Assembly: GCA_945787235.1 (NCBI GenBank)
Contig: CALZGT010000001.1
Span: 1 to 33,481, forward strand
Length of the DNA: 33,481 nucleotides
Reading direction: 5' to 3'
DNA from: an uncultured Prevotellaceae bacterium
GTDB taxonomy: Bacteria > Bacteroidota > Bacteroidia > Bacteroidales > Bacteroidaceae
A program made the translations under genes and the position numbers. Positions 32,660 to 33,481 of the stretch are shown piece after piece. Under the pieces are notes generated by a model. The model worked only from the letters and a program-made list of their open reading frames with translations, was not told the DNA's origin and did no database searches. The first letter of the stretch is position 1; every line of letters starts with the position of its first letter.

Positions 32660-33478
32660 TTATGGTAATAAGGCAGCCATCTGTTCCTGCACCTCCTTGG
32701 CCTTCTGTGCGGCCACCTCGGCAAAATGCTCCGTCTGGTCTGCGTAGATGATGGCCCGGCTGCTGTTCACCAGGAGTCCGCAGTCTGCTGTCATGCCGTA
32801 CTTGCAGACCTCTTCCAGGCTGCCTCCCTGTGCACCTACGCCCGGTACGAGAAGGAATGCGTTGGGAGCCACCTTACGGATGTCCTTGAACATCTCGCCT
32901 CGTGTTGCCCCTACCACATACATCATGTTCTCATCGTTGCCCCATTCCTGGGACTTGCGGATGACCTTTTCAAAGAGGCGTTCTCCCTCCTTGTCCTCCG
33001 TGAGCTGGAAGTCAAAGCTTCCCTTGTTGGAGGTAAGTGCCAGGAGGATGACCCACTTGCCTTCGTACCCCTCCAGGAAGGGAGTCACACTGTCCTCGCC
33101 CATATAGGGAGCCACGGTCAGTGCATCGACATCGTATTCGCCGAAGAAGGTACGTGCGTACATCTTGCTGGTGTTGCCTATGTCTCCACGCTTGGCATCA
33201 GCCACGATGAACTGTTCCGGGTAGTTCTCCTTGAGGTATTTTATCGTCTTCTCGAATGCCATCATGCCTTTCACACCGAAAGCCTCGTAGAAGGCCAGGT
33301 TGGGTTTGTAGGCCACGCAGTAGGGGGCCGTAGCATCGATGATGGCCTTGTTGAAGGCAAAGATAGGATCCTCCTCCTTGAGCAGGTGTTCGGGTACCTT
33401 CTTCAGGTCCGTGTCAAGTCCTACGCAGAGAAAACTCTTCTTTTCGCGTATCTGGTTTACTAATTCTTGTCTGTTCAT
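32660..33478 (-). CDS. pyrF: Orotidine 5'-phosphate decarboxylase (type 2)
   Basis: ATG at 33476-33478. Motifs FLCVGLDTD and [12 protein letters not shown]. 272 aa, the length typical of the long-form PyrF. Confidence 0.88.
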   Translation of the reverse strand: MNRQELVNQIREKKSFLCVGLDTDLKKVPEHLLKEEDPIFAFNKAIIDATAPYCVAYKPNLAFYEAFGVKGMMAFEKTIKYLKENYPEQFIVADAKRGDIGNTSKMYARTFFGEYDVDALTVAPYMGEDSVTPFLEGYEGKWVILLALTSNKGSFDFQLTEDKEGERLFEKVIRKSQEWGNDENMMYVVGATRGEMFKDIRKVAPNAFLLVPGVGAQGGSLEEVCKYGMTADCGLLVNSSRAIIYADQTEHFAEVAAQKAKEVQEQMAALLP

Positions 33479-33481
33479 ATT

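Overview
The window looks like a Bacteroidota chromosome segment, probably Prevotellaceae-like; this is inferred from gene content only. All 17 supported genes are on the minus strand. Positions 83-18889 hold a polysaccharide-utilisation-type locus with two SusC/SusD pairs. Its only accessory genes are three multi-domain fasciclin (FAS1) surface lipoproteins. Upstream in transcription order (19239-23267) are a GH43-like hydrolase and a large clan GH-A (Glyco_hydro_cc-like) hydrolase with a T9SS C-terminal sorting domain. Positions 23344-33478 are housekeeping: a Pif1-family helicase fused to TPR repeats, PBP1A, miaA, a small acidic pRiA4b-ORF3-like protein, lpxA, fused lpxC-fabZ, lpxD and pyrF. 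The most unusual signal is non-coding. Three intra-operonic spacers carry arrays of strictly 9-bp-periodic short repeats built on 4-bp palindromic cores (CTAG, ACGT/CGTT), and each array is bracketed by an inverted repeat. These spacers are the two susC-to-susD spacers and the spacer upstream of miaA. The two susD leaders also share an 18-nt motif. I cannot assign these arrays to any described element class. No regulator gene (HTCS, SusR, ECF/anti-sigma), RNA gene, CRISPR array or transposase is visible. All plus-strand ORFs in the track appear to be antisense shadow ORFs.
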